IMG/VR virus record: IMGVR_UViG_3300038318_000507
Span: 1-42,396 of that record
From: a virus
Taxonomy: Duplodnaviria > Caudoviricetes
DNA: 42,396 bases
Strand: one strand, 5' to 3'
Shown here piece by piece: positions 1-8,406 of this stretch; positions within the stretch are counted from its first letter, which is position 1, and each line of letters begins with the position of its first letter. Both the position numbers and the translations under genes were made by a program. Under the pieces are notes generated by a model. The model ran no database searches, was not told where the DNA came from, and saw nothing but the letters and a program-made list of their open reading frames with translations.

Positions 1-1569
1 TTATTCATTTACATCTACCGTTAAGCCTGACTTGAACTCCACGGTGAATTTGTCCTCGTAGATGGTAACCTTTTCAATCAGCCGCCGGACAAGCTGCTCG
101 TCGTATTCAGCGAGGGCGGTGGATTGCTTTTTTAGGAATGCGCTCATATCAGCCATGCGCTTTTTGAGTTCATCACGGTTAGCACTTTCAAGCTGTATCT
201 TTTGTTTCTGGTCACGCAGTCGGTGAATTTCATCACCGACTTTCGCATAATCCGCATTAGAAGTGGCCAGCTTTAATAGCTCCGTTTGCAGTTCTTCAAG
301 CCGCTTGTCGATATCCGCCAAGGCCTTGTCGCTTTCACGATTTATGACGGCAGCGATATTATCCCGTAGAGTAGTGAGGAAAGAGTCTTTGTCGCAGAGT
401 GTTTGATTGATGGCGGTGACCAGCACTTGCTCAATGGTGCTCTCCAGTATTGTGCGAGCATCGCAGAAAAGACCGGTATTTTCTAAGCGGCTGACACAGC
501 GCCAGACGATAGATTTCTTGCCTCGGTTATTCCAATGCACCCTGCGAAAAACCTCGCCGCATTTGCCGCAGATAATTATCTGAGCAAAGATGTGGTTGCT
601 GCTAAAGGTTCTGGTCTTTCCGTTCGGGCTTGTGTGCACAATGCGACGGCGGATGAGCTCTTCCTGCACCTGCATGAAAACTTCACGCGGGATGATGGCT
701 TCATGGCTGTTTTCTACATAGTACTGCGGAACAATACCGTTGTTCTTAACTCGCTTTTTTGTAAGAAAATCAACCGTGTAGGTTTTTTGTAAGAGGGCAT
801 CTCCGATGTACTTTTCATTTCGTAGAATGTTGTTAATGTTACTGGTGTGCCAGCGCTCATTGCCTGCACCGTTTAAGATACCGTCGGCCTCTAACCCACG
901 GGCAATCTTCAGCATACTTGCACCCTCAAGGTATTCTCGATAAATGCGCTTTACGATTTCGGCTTCTTCGGGTACAACCACAAGGCGCTTATTCTCATCC
1001 TTGGTGTAACCGAGGAACCGTGCGCAGTTGACTTGTATTTCACCTTGTTGGTAACGATACTGCAAACCCAGCTTCACATTCTGACTTAAAGATTGGCTTT
1101 CCTGCTGCGCAAGGGATGCCATAATTGTTAGCATAACCTCGCCCTTGGAATCCATGGTATTTATGTTTTCTTTCTCGAAATAGACCGGAATGTTCTTGTC
1201 CTTAAGTTGGCGGATATACTTCAAACAGTCCAGTGTGTTTCGGGCAAAGCGGCTGATGGACTTTGTGATGATCATATCGATATTGCCGGCCATACACTCG
1301 TCAATCATGCGGTTGAATTCTTCACGCTTCTTAGTATTGGTACCGGAAATGCCGTCATCAGCAAATATTCCTGCCAGCACCCAGTCAGGATGACCTTGTA
1401 TGTATGCGGTGTAATGTTCAATCTGTGTGTCATAGCTTGTAGCCTGCTCCTCGCTGTCTGTGGAAACACGGCAGTAAGCAGCAACGCGGAGTTTCGGTTT
1501 TTCCTCGTCCTTGCTCTTGCGAGTATGCTTCCTTGCCGGAATCACGGTGACGCTTTTACTTACTGCCAT
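1..1569 (-). CDS. Large serine recombinase (resolvase + recombinase + zinc-ribbon + coiled coil)
   Basis: AAYCRVSTD catalytic Ser motif, [14 protein letters not shown] recombinase motif, CGKCG zinc ribbon; RBS GGAGGTG upstream. Confidence 0.95.
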   Translation of the reverse strand: MAVSKSVTVIPARKHTRKSKDEEKPKLRVAAYCRVSTDSEEQATSYDTQIEHYTAYIQGHPDWVLAGIFADDGISGTNTKKREEFNRMIDECMAGNIDMIITKSISRFARNTLDCLKYIRQLKDKNIPVYFEKENINTMDSKGEVMLTIMASLAQQESQSLSQNVKLGLQYRYQQGEIQVNCARFLGYTKDENKRLVVVPEEAEIVKRIYREYLEGASMLKIARGLEADGILNGAGNERWHTSNINNILRNEKYIGDALLQKTYTVDFLTKKRVKNNGIVPQYYVENSHEAIIPREVFMQVQEELIRRRIVHTSPNGKTRTFSSNHIFAQIIICGKCGEVFRRVHWNNRGKKSIVWRCVSRLENTGLFCDARTILESTIEQVLVTAINQTLCDKDSFLTTLRDNIAAVINRESDKALADIDKRLEELQTELLKLATSNADYAKVGDEIHRLRDQKQKIQLESANRDELKKRMADMSAFLKKQSTALAEYDEQLVRRLIEKVTIYEDKFTVEFKSGLTVDVNE

Positions 1570-1987
1570 TCTTGCTCACCTCCGTTTCGATTAAACTGTA
1601 GGCGTATTCCGCCTGTGCGAAGGGGTCGTCGAATTCTTCTCTTCCTTCTACTACGTGAAAAGCAGTAGGACAGGCGACCGTTGTTTCTTCTTTTGGTTCA
1701 TAAATACGACCGAGTTTCTCAGCCCGCCTGATACGCTCCGCTTCGGCGGATGTAAACGTGTTCGGGTCGATTATGGCGGGGTAATAGTCGTCGCCAAGAT
1801 AACGCGTATTACGAAGCATTCTGCCGACTCCCGCGTGGAAGGCTGTGATACCCGCCTTCTTTGCAGCAGTTGCCAGTGAATCGCCGGACAAATAGGAATC
1901 AAACAAGGTCTTTATCTGCTCGGCTGCTTCGATATCGATTGCGGCTTTTCCGTTTTCAATACAGTAGCCAAATGGTGTGTGACTCAT
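1556..1987 (-). CDS. Short recombinase-domain-only protein (no catalytic serine domain)
   Basis: Starts with TPFGY and contains [18 protein letters not shown], the DNA-binding recombinase domain signature; lies between two large serine recombinases. Confidence 0.85.
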   Translation of the reverse strand: MSHTPFGYCIENGKAAIDIEAAEQIKTLFDSYLSGDSLATAAKKAGITAFHAGVGRMLRNTRYLGDDYYPAIIDPNTFTSAEAERIRRAEKLGRIYEPKEETTVACPTAFHVVEGREEFDDPFAQAEYAYSLIETEVSKNGSK

Positions 1988-3550
1988 TTATCTCACCAGC
2001 CTTTCTTTGAGTGTAATGCCGCATTTAAACTCGAATCCAATCTCCGATCTGGAATACACAATAACCCGCTCAACAAAGCGTTTGAAAATGTCCCCGTCAA
2101 AGCCCTTCAGCATTGATGCTTTGGTAGCATATTGCAGCAGAGCACTGACTTCACTTAGGTTTTGAAAGTCATTATTCAAAAATCGGGTTATGGATTCTTT
2201 TTGACGGCGTAGGCGTTCTGCCTCTTGCAGCAGCTCATTGTTGCTTTTATTGTAAACGGCAGGCTCAAGATATTTTTTGGTCATCAGCCCAACCAGTACA
2301 TTTCGCTGTTCCACATTTTCTTCGAGTTTCTTGTCAAGCGCATGAATGCTTTCCAGAGTTTCATCAGAATTCATCCCACGCAGACTGATGAGCAACGGCT
2401 TGAGTACAAATTCGTGCCCGAATATGAGCTTGTTCATCATGGTGACAAATGCGTATTCAAAATCGGACTCCGGCACATATTTCATAGAGCATTTCTTGAT
2501 GTTTGCGATATGAGCGGAGCAACACCAAGCAATTCTATGTCTGCCGCTTGAGTGAATTCTGCGCTTAAACGTCCCGCCACACTGACCACAGATGATTTTT
2601 CCAGAAAAGGGGTAACGGTTCTGATATTTTTTATGTTGCCTTTCTAAGCCTTTTTCCTTGCCGCGCTGTTCGATAATATCCTGAGCAGCTTCATAATTTT
2701 CATGACTGATAATCGGCTCATGATGATTTCGAATTAGATATTGATCTTTTTCCCCATTGTTGTTATGGCGATTAAAATGGACATCGGTATAGGTTTTTTG
2801 AAAAAGTGCATCTCCTGTATATTTTTCGTTCCCCACCATTCCGCGGATTGTTGTTGCTGTCCAGCGGCCACATTTTTTGGTGGGTACTTTTCGGTTGTTC
2901 AACTCGTCGGCGATTTTATGAGTGCTTTTACCGGATAGAATTGAAGCGAAAATATAGCGAACAATTTCTGCTTGTTGCTCGTTAATGACCATCTCACCAT
3001 CTATGTTATCGTAGCCATAGGGTGGATAGGATATCTTGTACGTGCCATTTTGAAAGCGACGCTGAATTGACCACTTGTTGTTTTCAGCAATGGAGACCGA
3101 TTCACTTTCGGCCAGTCCACTTAGGATTGACAGCATGAGTTCACTTTCCATTGACCCCGTGTTGATGTTCTCTTTTTCAAAATAAATAAAAACGCCGAGG
3201 TCAAGCAGTTTTCGAACCAGTTCAAGGCAGTCGGTAGTGTTTCGAGCAAATCTGCTGATAGACTTCGTTACAATGAGGTCTATTTTTCTGTCTTCACAGT
3301 CGGTAATCATTCGAAGCAACTCAGGTCGTTTTTCTTTTTTCGTGCCTGTGATGCCTTCGTCATAATAAAGACCTGCAAACGCCCATTCAGGGTTTGCATT
3401 GATGTAGGTTTTGTAGTGTTTTATTTGCGTATCCAGACTGACGAGTTGCTCATCACTGTCGGTAGACACACGGCAATAAGCTGCAACTCTGAGATTGGAC
3501 TGTTCAGCTAAATCGACTGTATTTTGAGCTATTTTTGTTACCTTTTTCAA
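1988..3550 (-). CDS. Large serine recombinase
   Basis: [34 protein letters not shown] zinc ribbon; TTG start at 3550 follows AAGGAGGTG RBS. Confidence 0.93.
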   Translation of the reverse strand: MKKVTKIAQNTVDLAEQSNLRVAAYCRVSTDSDEQLVSLDTQIKHYKTYINANPEWAFAGLYYDEGITGTKKEKRPELLRMITDCEDRKIDLIVTKSISRFARNTTDCLELVRKLLDLGVFIYFEKENINTGSMESELMLSILSGLAESESVSIAENNKWSIQRRFQNGTYKISYPPYGYDNIDGEMVINEQQAEIVRYIFASILSGKSTHKIADELNNRKVPTKKCGRWTATTIRGMVGNEKYTGDALFQKTYTDVHFNRHNNNGEKDQYLIRNHHEPIISHENYEAAQDIIEQRGKEKGLERQHKKYQNRYPFSGKIICGQCGGTFKRRIHSSGRHRIAWCCSAHIANIKKCSMKYVPESDFEYAFVTMMNKLIFGHEFVLKPLLISLRGMNSDETLESIHALDKKLEENVEQRNVLVGLMTKKYLEPAVYNKSNNELLQEAERLRRQKESITRFLNNDFQNLSEVSALLQYATKASMLKGFDGDIFKRFVERVIVYSRSEIGFEFKCGITLKERLVR

Positions 3551-3576
3551 TTTCTCACCTCCTTGGTCAGTGTCAC

Positions 3577-3605
3577 ATGTTACCGTCAAAACCAAGTTAT
3601 ATCAA
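3577..3605 (-). promoter_or_regulatory. Putative sigmaA promoter for the recombinase genes (TTGATA-17-TAACAT)
   Basis: Minus strand TTGATA (3605-3600), 17-nt spacer, TAACAT (3582-3577), between the SHOCT stop and the recombinase RBS. Confidence 0.55.
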
Positions 3606-3610
3606 CGGTT

Positions 3611-3838
3611 TTAGAGCATAATCTCAGCTAATAAGGGTGAGAAAGTTTTGCGGTTTAGCTCGGTTATCTTGTTGAACTCTGACAAGGAAATAAGTCCACA
3701 ATTCATCATTGCGGTTAGTATCTGTTGTGCCCTGACATAATCGACTTCACGCTGCATTTGTTCCTGCGGTACAGGCCTTTTTTCCGATACAGCATTAATA
3801 TCGCTTGTGCTGATACCTTGGTTTTGTAAGTTGTTCAC
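3611..3838 (-). CDS. Small SHOCT-like protein, candidate recombination accessory factor
   Basis: DYVRAQQILTAMMNCGLISLSEFNKI resembles the SHOCT motif; GGAGG RBS; directly upstream of the recombinases. Confidence 0.75.
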   Translation of the reverse strand: MNNLQNQGISTSDINAVSEKRPVPQEQMQREVDYVRAQQILTAMMNCGLISLSEFNKITELNRKTFSPLLAEIML

Positions 3839-3869
3839 TCAGCTTTCCTCCATTCGGAGGGGAAATGAA

Positions 3870-3916
3870 AAGAGCCCCTCTACCGTCTACAGACAGAAGA
3901 GGGGCTCTTGCGTACC
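3870..3916 (-). promoter_or_regulatory. Conserved promoter/hairpin motif, copy 1
   Basis: Minus strand GGTACGCA-N13-TGTCTGTAG; 12-bp inverted repeat 3870-3881/3898-3909; two more copies at ~35790 and ~40120. Confidence 0.75.
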
Positions 3917-3928
3917 AGCATATACTGG

Positions 3929-4660
3929 TTATTCGGTTTTGATGAAAGCATCCGTAAATCCCGCCGCCTTGACTCTTTTTAGCATGGCATCAGCATTGGC
4001 TTTGACGGCGTAAGCACCGACTTGTACACGGTATAGCTTTTTCGGTTCAGTTGGGGTGGGAGGTTTTGAAGGTTCTGTTGCCGTGAGTAGCCTTTTGACC
4101 TCTGCTCTAAATGTATCCATTGACTTGCCGTGCTTCGGAAACCAGTGACCTGGATCGGCATGGTTACTGGCGATGCCGCGTTTATGCCCCTCGTAATGAC
4201 CGATAATAACGCCATCCGCCATCGGGTCGAGCTTATACTCCTTGCAAAGATAGGCACACAGTTCGGTGGCTTCCTTGTAGATTGCGTTGAAATAGGCTTT
4301 GTCGGTTAGGCCATCCTCGCAGATTTCAAAACTTGTGTGACTGTCATTGACCGATCCTTTTGAGCCGGAAGCCCCATGCCAACCGCGATTATTCCACGGC
4401 AGTGTCTGATAGGTAGCAATACTGCCGTCAGCCAGTTTTCCGATGAAGCCATGTACGCAGACCTGCCGACCGTCCGGTTTGTCTTGATTCCAGTGGTTGT
4501 TATATTGATTCTTGCCAAGCAATCCATCGTCCGGACCCACATAACGACGCAGATTCGGATTGTTCGCGCCGGTGGAGTGAACCATAATGCCTTTGACAGT
4601 AATAGTCCTGCCAGCCTTGTAGCAGGCGTTGTTTGTGAATATCAATTTCCGTAGATTCAT
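3929..4660 (-). CDS. Endolysin: N-acetylmuramoyl-L-alanine amidase with C-terminal SPOR-like domain
   Basis: IMVHSTG and NHADP zinc-amidase motifs, Pro/Thr linker, LYRVQVGAY...AGFTDAFI SPOR-like tail; next to holin. Confidence 0.92.
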   Translation of the reverse strand: MNLRKLIFTNNACYKAGRTITVKGIMVHSTGANNPNLRRYVGPDDGLLGKNQYNNHWNQDKPDGRQVCVHGFIGKLADGSIATYQTLPWNNRGWHGASGSKGSVNDSHTSFEICEDGLTDKAYFNAIYKEATELCAYLCKEYKLDPMADGVIIGHYEGHKRGIASNHADPGHWFPKHGKSMDTFRAEVKRLLTATEPSKPPTPTEPKKLYRVQVGAYAVKANADAMLKRVKAAGFTDAFIKTE

Positions 4661-5067
4661 TTCTGTTCATCCTTTCTATGAAGCTGTGCCAGCACATCTT
4701 TTAACTTGGCAGGCACGGGTAACCCAATAGCCGTGGCATTCTCAACGAGAGAAATTCCCTCATTAGCAATGTAGAAGAAGATAATCGCCGTCCGAAGTGG
4801 TGCTCCCGTGCCGCCGAGCAGATAGGTGTCGATGAGATGACCAATGCCGACCACAAGGAATAGCGCTACCTTCTTGGCGATACCCTGCGCTCCGATTCTG
4901 CTGGACAGTTTTTTCTCCACAATTGCCCGAAGCACGCCCGTGATGTAGTCGACAACCACGAAGGCAATGAGTGCATAAAGGAAGCCGTCCAATCCGCCCA
5001 AAAACCAGCCAAGTGTACCTCCGATGGCTGCAAATGCAACCTGAATCCAGTTCCAAATCTCTTTCAT
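4657..5067 (-). CDS. Phage holin (toxin secretion/phage lysis holin family)
   Basis: Hydrophobic helices, VDYITG, FFYIANEGISLVEN, GLPVP motifs; ATG at 5067 after AGGAGG; overlaps amidase start. Confidence 0.92.
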   Translation of the reverse strand: MKEIWNWIQVAFAAIGGTLGWFLGGLDGFLYALIAFVVVDYITGVLRAIVEKKLSSRIGAQGIAKKVALFLVVGIGHLIDTYLLGGTGAPLRTAIIFFYIANEGISLVENATAIGLPVPAKLKDVLAQLHRKDEQK

Positions 5068-5094
5068 TTTCGTTTTACCTCCTGTTTTTTGCAT

Positions 5095-5121
5095 AAAAAA
5101 CGCCTGCTGAATATGCAGGCG
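5095..5121 (-). terminator. Intrinsic terminator between the tail and lysis genes
   Basis: CGCCTGC-7nt-GCAGGCG stem followed by TTTTTT on the minus strand. Confidence 0.75.
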
Positions 5122-5147
5122 CGAATGCCAATATGAATGATTACTCT

Positions 5148-7619
5148 TTAACTCTGTTTTGGGAGTGCCTCCCAAAGCCGCAAGTCTTCCTGACCGAGTG
5201 ACCATAGGGCAAAACCACGCAGCCGCCATCGGTATGCCGCTTCATTTGCCCAGTAGACAATCGAGTCCACGTCTTGGTAGTAGACAATTCCAAAACCATC
5301 CCCATCACCGAGGAATACCCTCGAACACCAGACGTTGATGTCACGTGGCGTAAATTTTGCCGTGTAGTCAGCGTTGCATGGAATGTATAGCATTGCTGAA
5401 TGCACGAAGTCATAGTCCATAGAGATATCCTCGCTTCGGGTAGCGGATTCCTCCACATCGGAGGTAAGCGTGAATACCTCGAATTCACTGTCCCATGTCA
5501 CGCTACTCCGGGCGATCCTGCCGTAGTTTTCGGTAGTACCGTTTGGCATTGTTACATCAAAGGCTTCATACGGCTCGTAAGTCCAGGCATCGCCTAAACG
5601 CAGAAGTTCACACTTGATTTCATTATCCGACTGAATGCCGCAATAACCACTTGCTGGTGATACCGTGGCTGTGAAGCGGAGGGTGTTACTGTTACCGGAA
5701 TAGACCCTCACACTGTTGTCGCGTTTCCTCATTTCAATGAGATACATATTGGGGTTTGTGCGGATGTCGGTGGCAGGTGTTTTGGCGTAAGCTGCACCAT
5801 AACTGCCGAGCAAAATAGAGTCTTGATAGAGTTCCACTCGCTCAGTGTCGATGTTGATACAACAGAAGATGTCGCCGATAAATACCCCGGCGCGCCCGCT
5901 CCCGTTGTGAGGGAAGGCAAGCCGTGCTCGAAGGTGAACGTCGGAGAAACCGTCATATCTCCAGGCAAGTTGGCCACTACCTTCCAACTGTGAATAAACC
6001 CTGCCGGACGCATATTCATCGCTTCGCCAGACTGCCCAACTGCCTGAAAGTGTAGTCCAGTAAGTGCTTTGCAGCGTGATGGGGTCTTGGAAGTCCTCAT
6101 ACCACACCAGAGCCGAATCGGGTTTTCGCCGCAGAATCTCGGTGGTCAGTTTGAAGCCTTTGTCCGGCACAGCCATATTCCCGTTCACGTCCTTGAAGCT
6201 ACGAGGAGAGAGTTCAAAGGTAGCCGAACCTGCCGAGGGCTGTTCAGAAAATGATGAGCAAAGACGAAAGCCATATAACTGCGCGCCCACCACACCGCCA
6301 TCAACGGTGATGGTATGTTCTCCTGCCGACAAGCTGCGTCCTTTAGCAAGAATCGCCCAGAAGGTGCTTCTCCAATACGGCCACCATAGACGGTTTTCGT
6401 AAAAGCCGACCGAGGAACCGTCAAGGGAGATGTTGATACCGTTCTTGTCCCAATACGGATAGCAGATACGGACTGCGACATCATAAATTCCCGATTGCGG
6501 AACGGTAAAATCGTAGGTCGCTGTACCTGTTTCGGATGAGAGCGTAATCATGCCGTTGCCGATCGCCACGCCCTCTGCGTAACTATCCGGCTCGCCGTCG
6601 CGGTCAATATAGATTGTGCCAAACTCTGCCTTTTGTGTTTTGCCGTAGCAAGTTAAGTATCGGCGGCGGTTGTATGTTTCCCCAGTTATAGGGGCTTCTC
6701 GGCTGGTTGCATCGCCACCTTCAGCATAATCGTAGACTTGAGGGAGCATATACGGCACTTGGTCGTAATCGTCCCAGTAGGCAAGCCACGGTATCATCGG
6801 CTGCGGAGGAGCATTACCCGTGAAGTTATAGCCGCCCTCCGCCCATATTTTGGCGGCGTAATAGGTAAGCGACACGCCACGATACGTCTGGCCGAGGTCG
6901 GCAGGGTTTGTATATATCTGCCACTCCCAACCGTAACCCGGTAAACCCATATAGATCTTTTGCGGATTCATTACTCTGGCGGCATAATCATAAACACCGA
7001 CAAGCCAGTCCCGTGGAGAGACAGGACCCGGTGCGCTGCCTGCCCAGGCCATACCGTATGACATAATTGCTGCCGTGTCACAGTAAGCATCGAGATCGGC
7101 ATAAACGCACCAGTTCTCGCCGCCGACTGAGCTTTGGACGCCCGTCATACCGGGCAAACAGATATTGACCAGCTTGGCAGGATTGTACGCTTTGACGGTT
7201 TGGTAAATGTCGCTGAAGAGAATATTTGCCGCATCCTTGTTCTCATATCCGCCGCCGCGTTCCAAGTCGATATCCACACCAGCACACCACGGATATTTCT
7301 GCATGATCCGTACCAATTCGGAGAGAAACTTCGTCTTTGCGCCACTTTCGTTATTTCGTAGAGCAGTGAAGATAGAAGCTGCGCCGTGGTTCATTACAGT
7401 GAGAAACCACCGCACTTTAGGCCATTTATTGATGTATGGCATCATGCCGGATATCGGCGTCCCTGTTTCGGTTATCGTTCCTGTTATGTCCACCTCGAAG
7501 GTGAAGATGCCGATGGCTTCAAAGTGGTCGCCGTAATTGTTCAAGGCTTGGTGCATTCGGGTGTTGCCCATGAACGACCATATCATGCACTTCTTGCCCT
7601 TAAGATAATCCCTGCTCAT
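5148..7619 (-). CDS. Tail-associated glycoside hydrolase family 18 protein with large inserted beta-rich domains
   Basis: GVDIDLE (DxDxE) catalytic motif, IMSYG, GPVSPRDW, C-terminal ALWSLGQED; ATG at 7619 overlaps the upstream stop. Confidence 0.85.
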   Translation of the reverse strand: MSRDYLKGKKCMIWSFMGNTRMHQALNNYGDHFEAIGIFTFEVDITGTITETGTPISGMMPYINKWPKVRWFLTVMNHGAASIFTALRNNESGAKTKFLSELVRIMQKYPWCAGVDIDLERGGGYENKDAANILFSDIYQTVKAYNPAKLVNICLPGMTGVQSSVGGENWCVYADLDAYCDTAAIMSYGMAWAGSAPGPVSPRDWLVGVYDYAARVMNPQKIYMGLPGYGWEWQIYTNPADLGQTYRGVSLTYYAAKIWAEGGYNFTGNAPPQPMIPWLAYWDDYDQVPYMLPQVYDYAEGGDATSREAPITGETYNRRRYLTCYGKTQKAEFGTIYIDRDGEPDSYAEGVAIGNGMITLSSETGTATYDFTVPQSGIYDVAVRICYPYWDKNGINISLDGSSVGFYENRLWWPYWRSTFWAILAKGRSLSAGEHTITVDGGVVGAQLYGFRLCSSFSEQPSAGSATFELSPRSFKDVNGNMAVPDKGFKLTTEILRRKPDSALVWYEDFQDPITLQSTYWTTLSGSWAVWRSDEYASGRVYSQLEGSGQLAWRYDGFSDVHLRARLAFPHNGSGRAGVFIGDIFCCINIDTERVELYQDSILLGSYGAAYAKTPATDIRTNPNMYLIEMRKRDNSVRVYSGNSNTLRFTATVSPASGYCGIQSDNEIKCELLRLGDAWTYEPYEAFDVTMPNGTTENYGRIARSSVTWDSEFEVFTLTSDVEESATRSEDISMDYDFVHSAMLYIPCNADYTAKFTPRDINVWCSRVFLGDGDGFGIVYYQDVDSIVYWANEAAYRWRLRGFALWSLGQEDLRLWEALPKQS

Positions 7620-8194
7620 AGAAGCGGATCTCCTTCCATCATTTCTACATATTCGAGGTAGACCCTCGCTGATTTGCCGCTTTCCAGCTTCACGTGGTGC
7701 TTGCTGTCGTAAGCGGCGGTATATTGGTAAAATCCATCCTTTGGCGTGGGATTGCCATTTCGCAGACATTCCCTTGACACAGCTTTCAAGGCAAATTCAT
7801 CACCCGCATTTACCGTCGATGTAAATTTGCACTTATGCGAACCCATACCTTGTGAAATTTCAATGCTTCCCGCCGCCATTGGCTGTTTAGGATAGATATA
7901 TAAGTCAAGACCCGTCGAGGTTTCCCCGGTATTGAAGAGGACGAGGGTCGCGCCGCCACGCACCACGGCATTTTGGTAGCGAGGAGCATTCCCGCTACCT
8001 TGAAGCATGGTCGAGGTGTGCGGTGTATAGCCTGTCAGTTTGTCGCCCTCCTGAAGCTGAAGGTCGGTGAAGTAAATCTCGCCCGTGCAATCGGCAATGA
8101 GAGGACGGAGGGTGACGTTCACGATTCGTTTTTCCTCTTTGAGCTTTATTACCTCTGCAAAGCGGATAAAGTTGTTGATGATCATAAGCTCCAC
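7616..8194 (-). CDS. Minor tail/adaptor protein (start may be ATG 8185)
   Basis: N-terminal CTGEIYFTDLQLQEG segment paralogous to the 64-aa upstream ORF; lies in the tail module. Confidence 0.75.
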   Translation of the reverse strand: MELMIINNFIRFAEVIKLKEEKRIVNVTLRPLIADCTGEIYFTDLQLQEGDKLTGYTPHTSTMLQGSGNAPRYQNAVVRGGATLVLFNTGETSTGLDLYIYPKQPMAAGSIEISQGMGSHKCKFTSTVNAGDEFALKAVSRECLRNGNPTPKDGFYQYTAAYDSKHHVKLESGKSARVYLEYVEMMEGDPLL

Positions 8195-8301
8195 CTACCC
8201 ATCGAGCGTCCACTGAATTTCACAGACGTGGCTGACCCAGCCTGTGGCGACGATACCTGCTTGCAGCATAAGGTCGGTGAAGAATACCTCGCCCGTGCAA
8301 T
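8060..8301. repeat. 32-bp imperfect direct repeat pair (8060-8091 and 8270-8301), 210 bp apart
   Basis: aaggtcggtgaag(taaatc/aatacc)tcgcccgtgcaat, 29/32 identical. Confidence 0.9.
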
Positions 8302-8389
8302 TTTGTATAACAAGACGGATAGTGATGGAGCGCAGCCTGCCGTAGCCTTTGGGTGAAGCGTCCCGCGCCACTTGTTGAAAAGATGCCAT
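8195..8389 (-). CDS. Small tail protein resembling the C-terminal half of a carbohydrate-binding beta-sandwich
   Basis: CTGEVFFTDLMLQAG motif; GAGGA RBS; fills the gap between tail genes. Confidence 0.7.
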   Translation of the reverse strand: MASFQQVARDASPKGYGRLRSITIRLVIQNCTGEVFFTDLMLQAGIVATGWVSHVCEIQWTLDG

Positions 8390-8406
8390 GTGAAATCACC
8401 GTCCTC

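Noticed and set aside
8060-8301. Repeat pair as the template/variable region of a diversity-generating retroelement
   Set aside because: Only 32 bp, mismatches are not adenine-specific in one copy, and no reverse transcriptase is present
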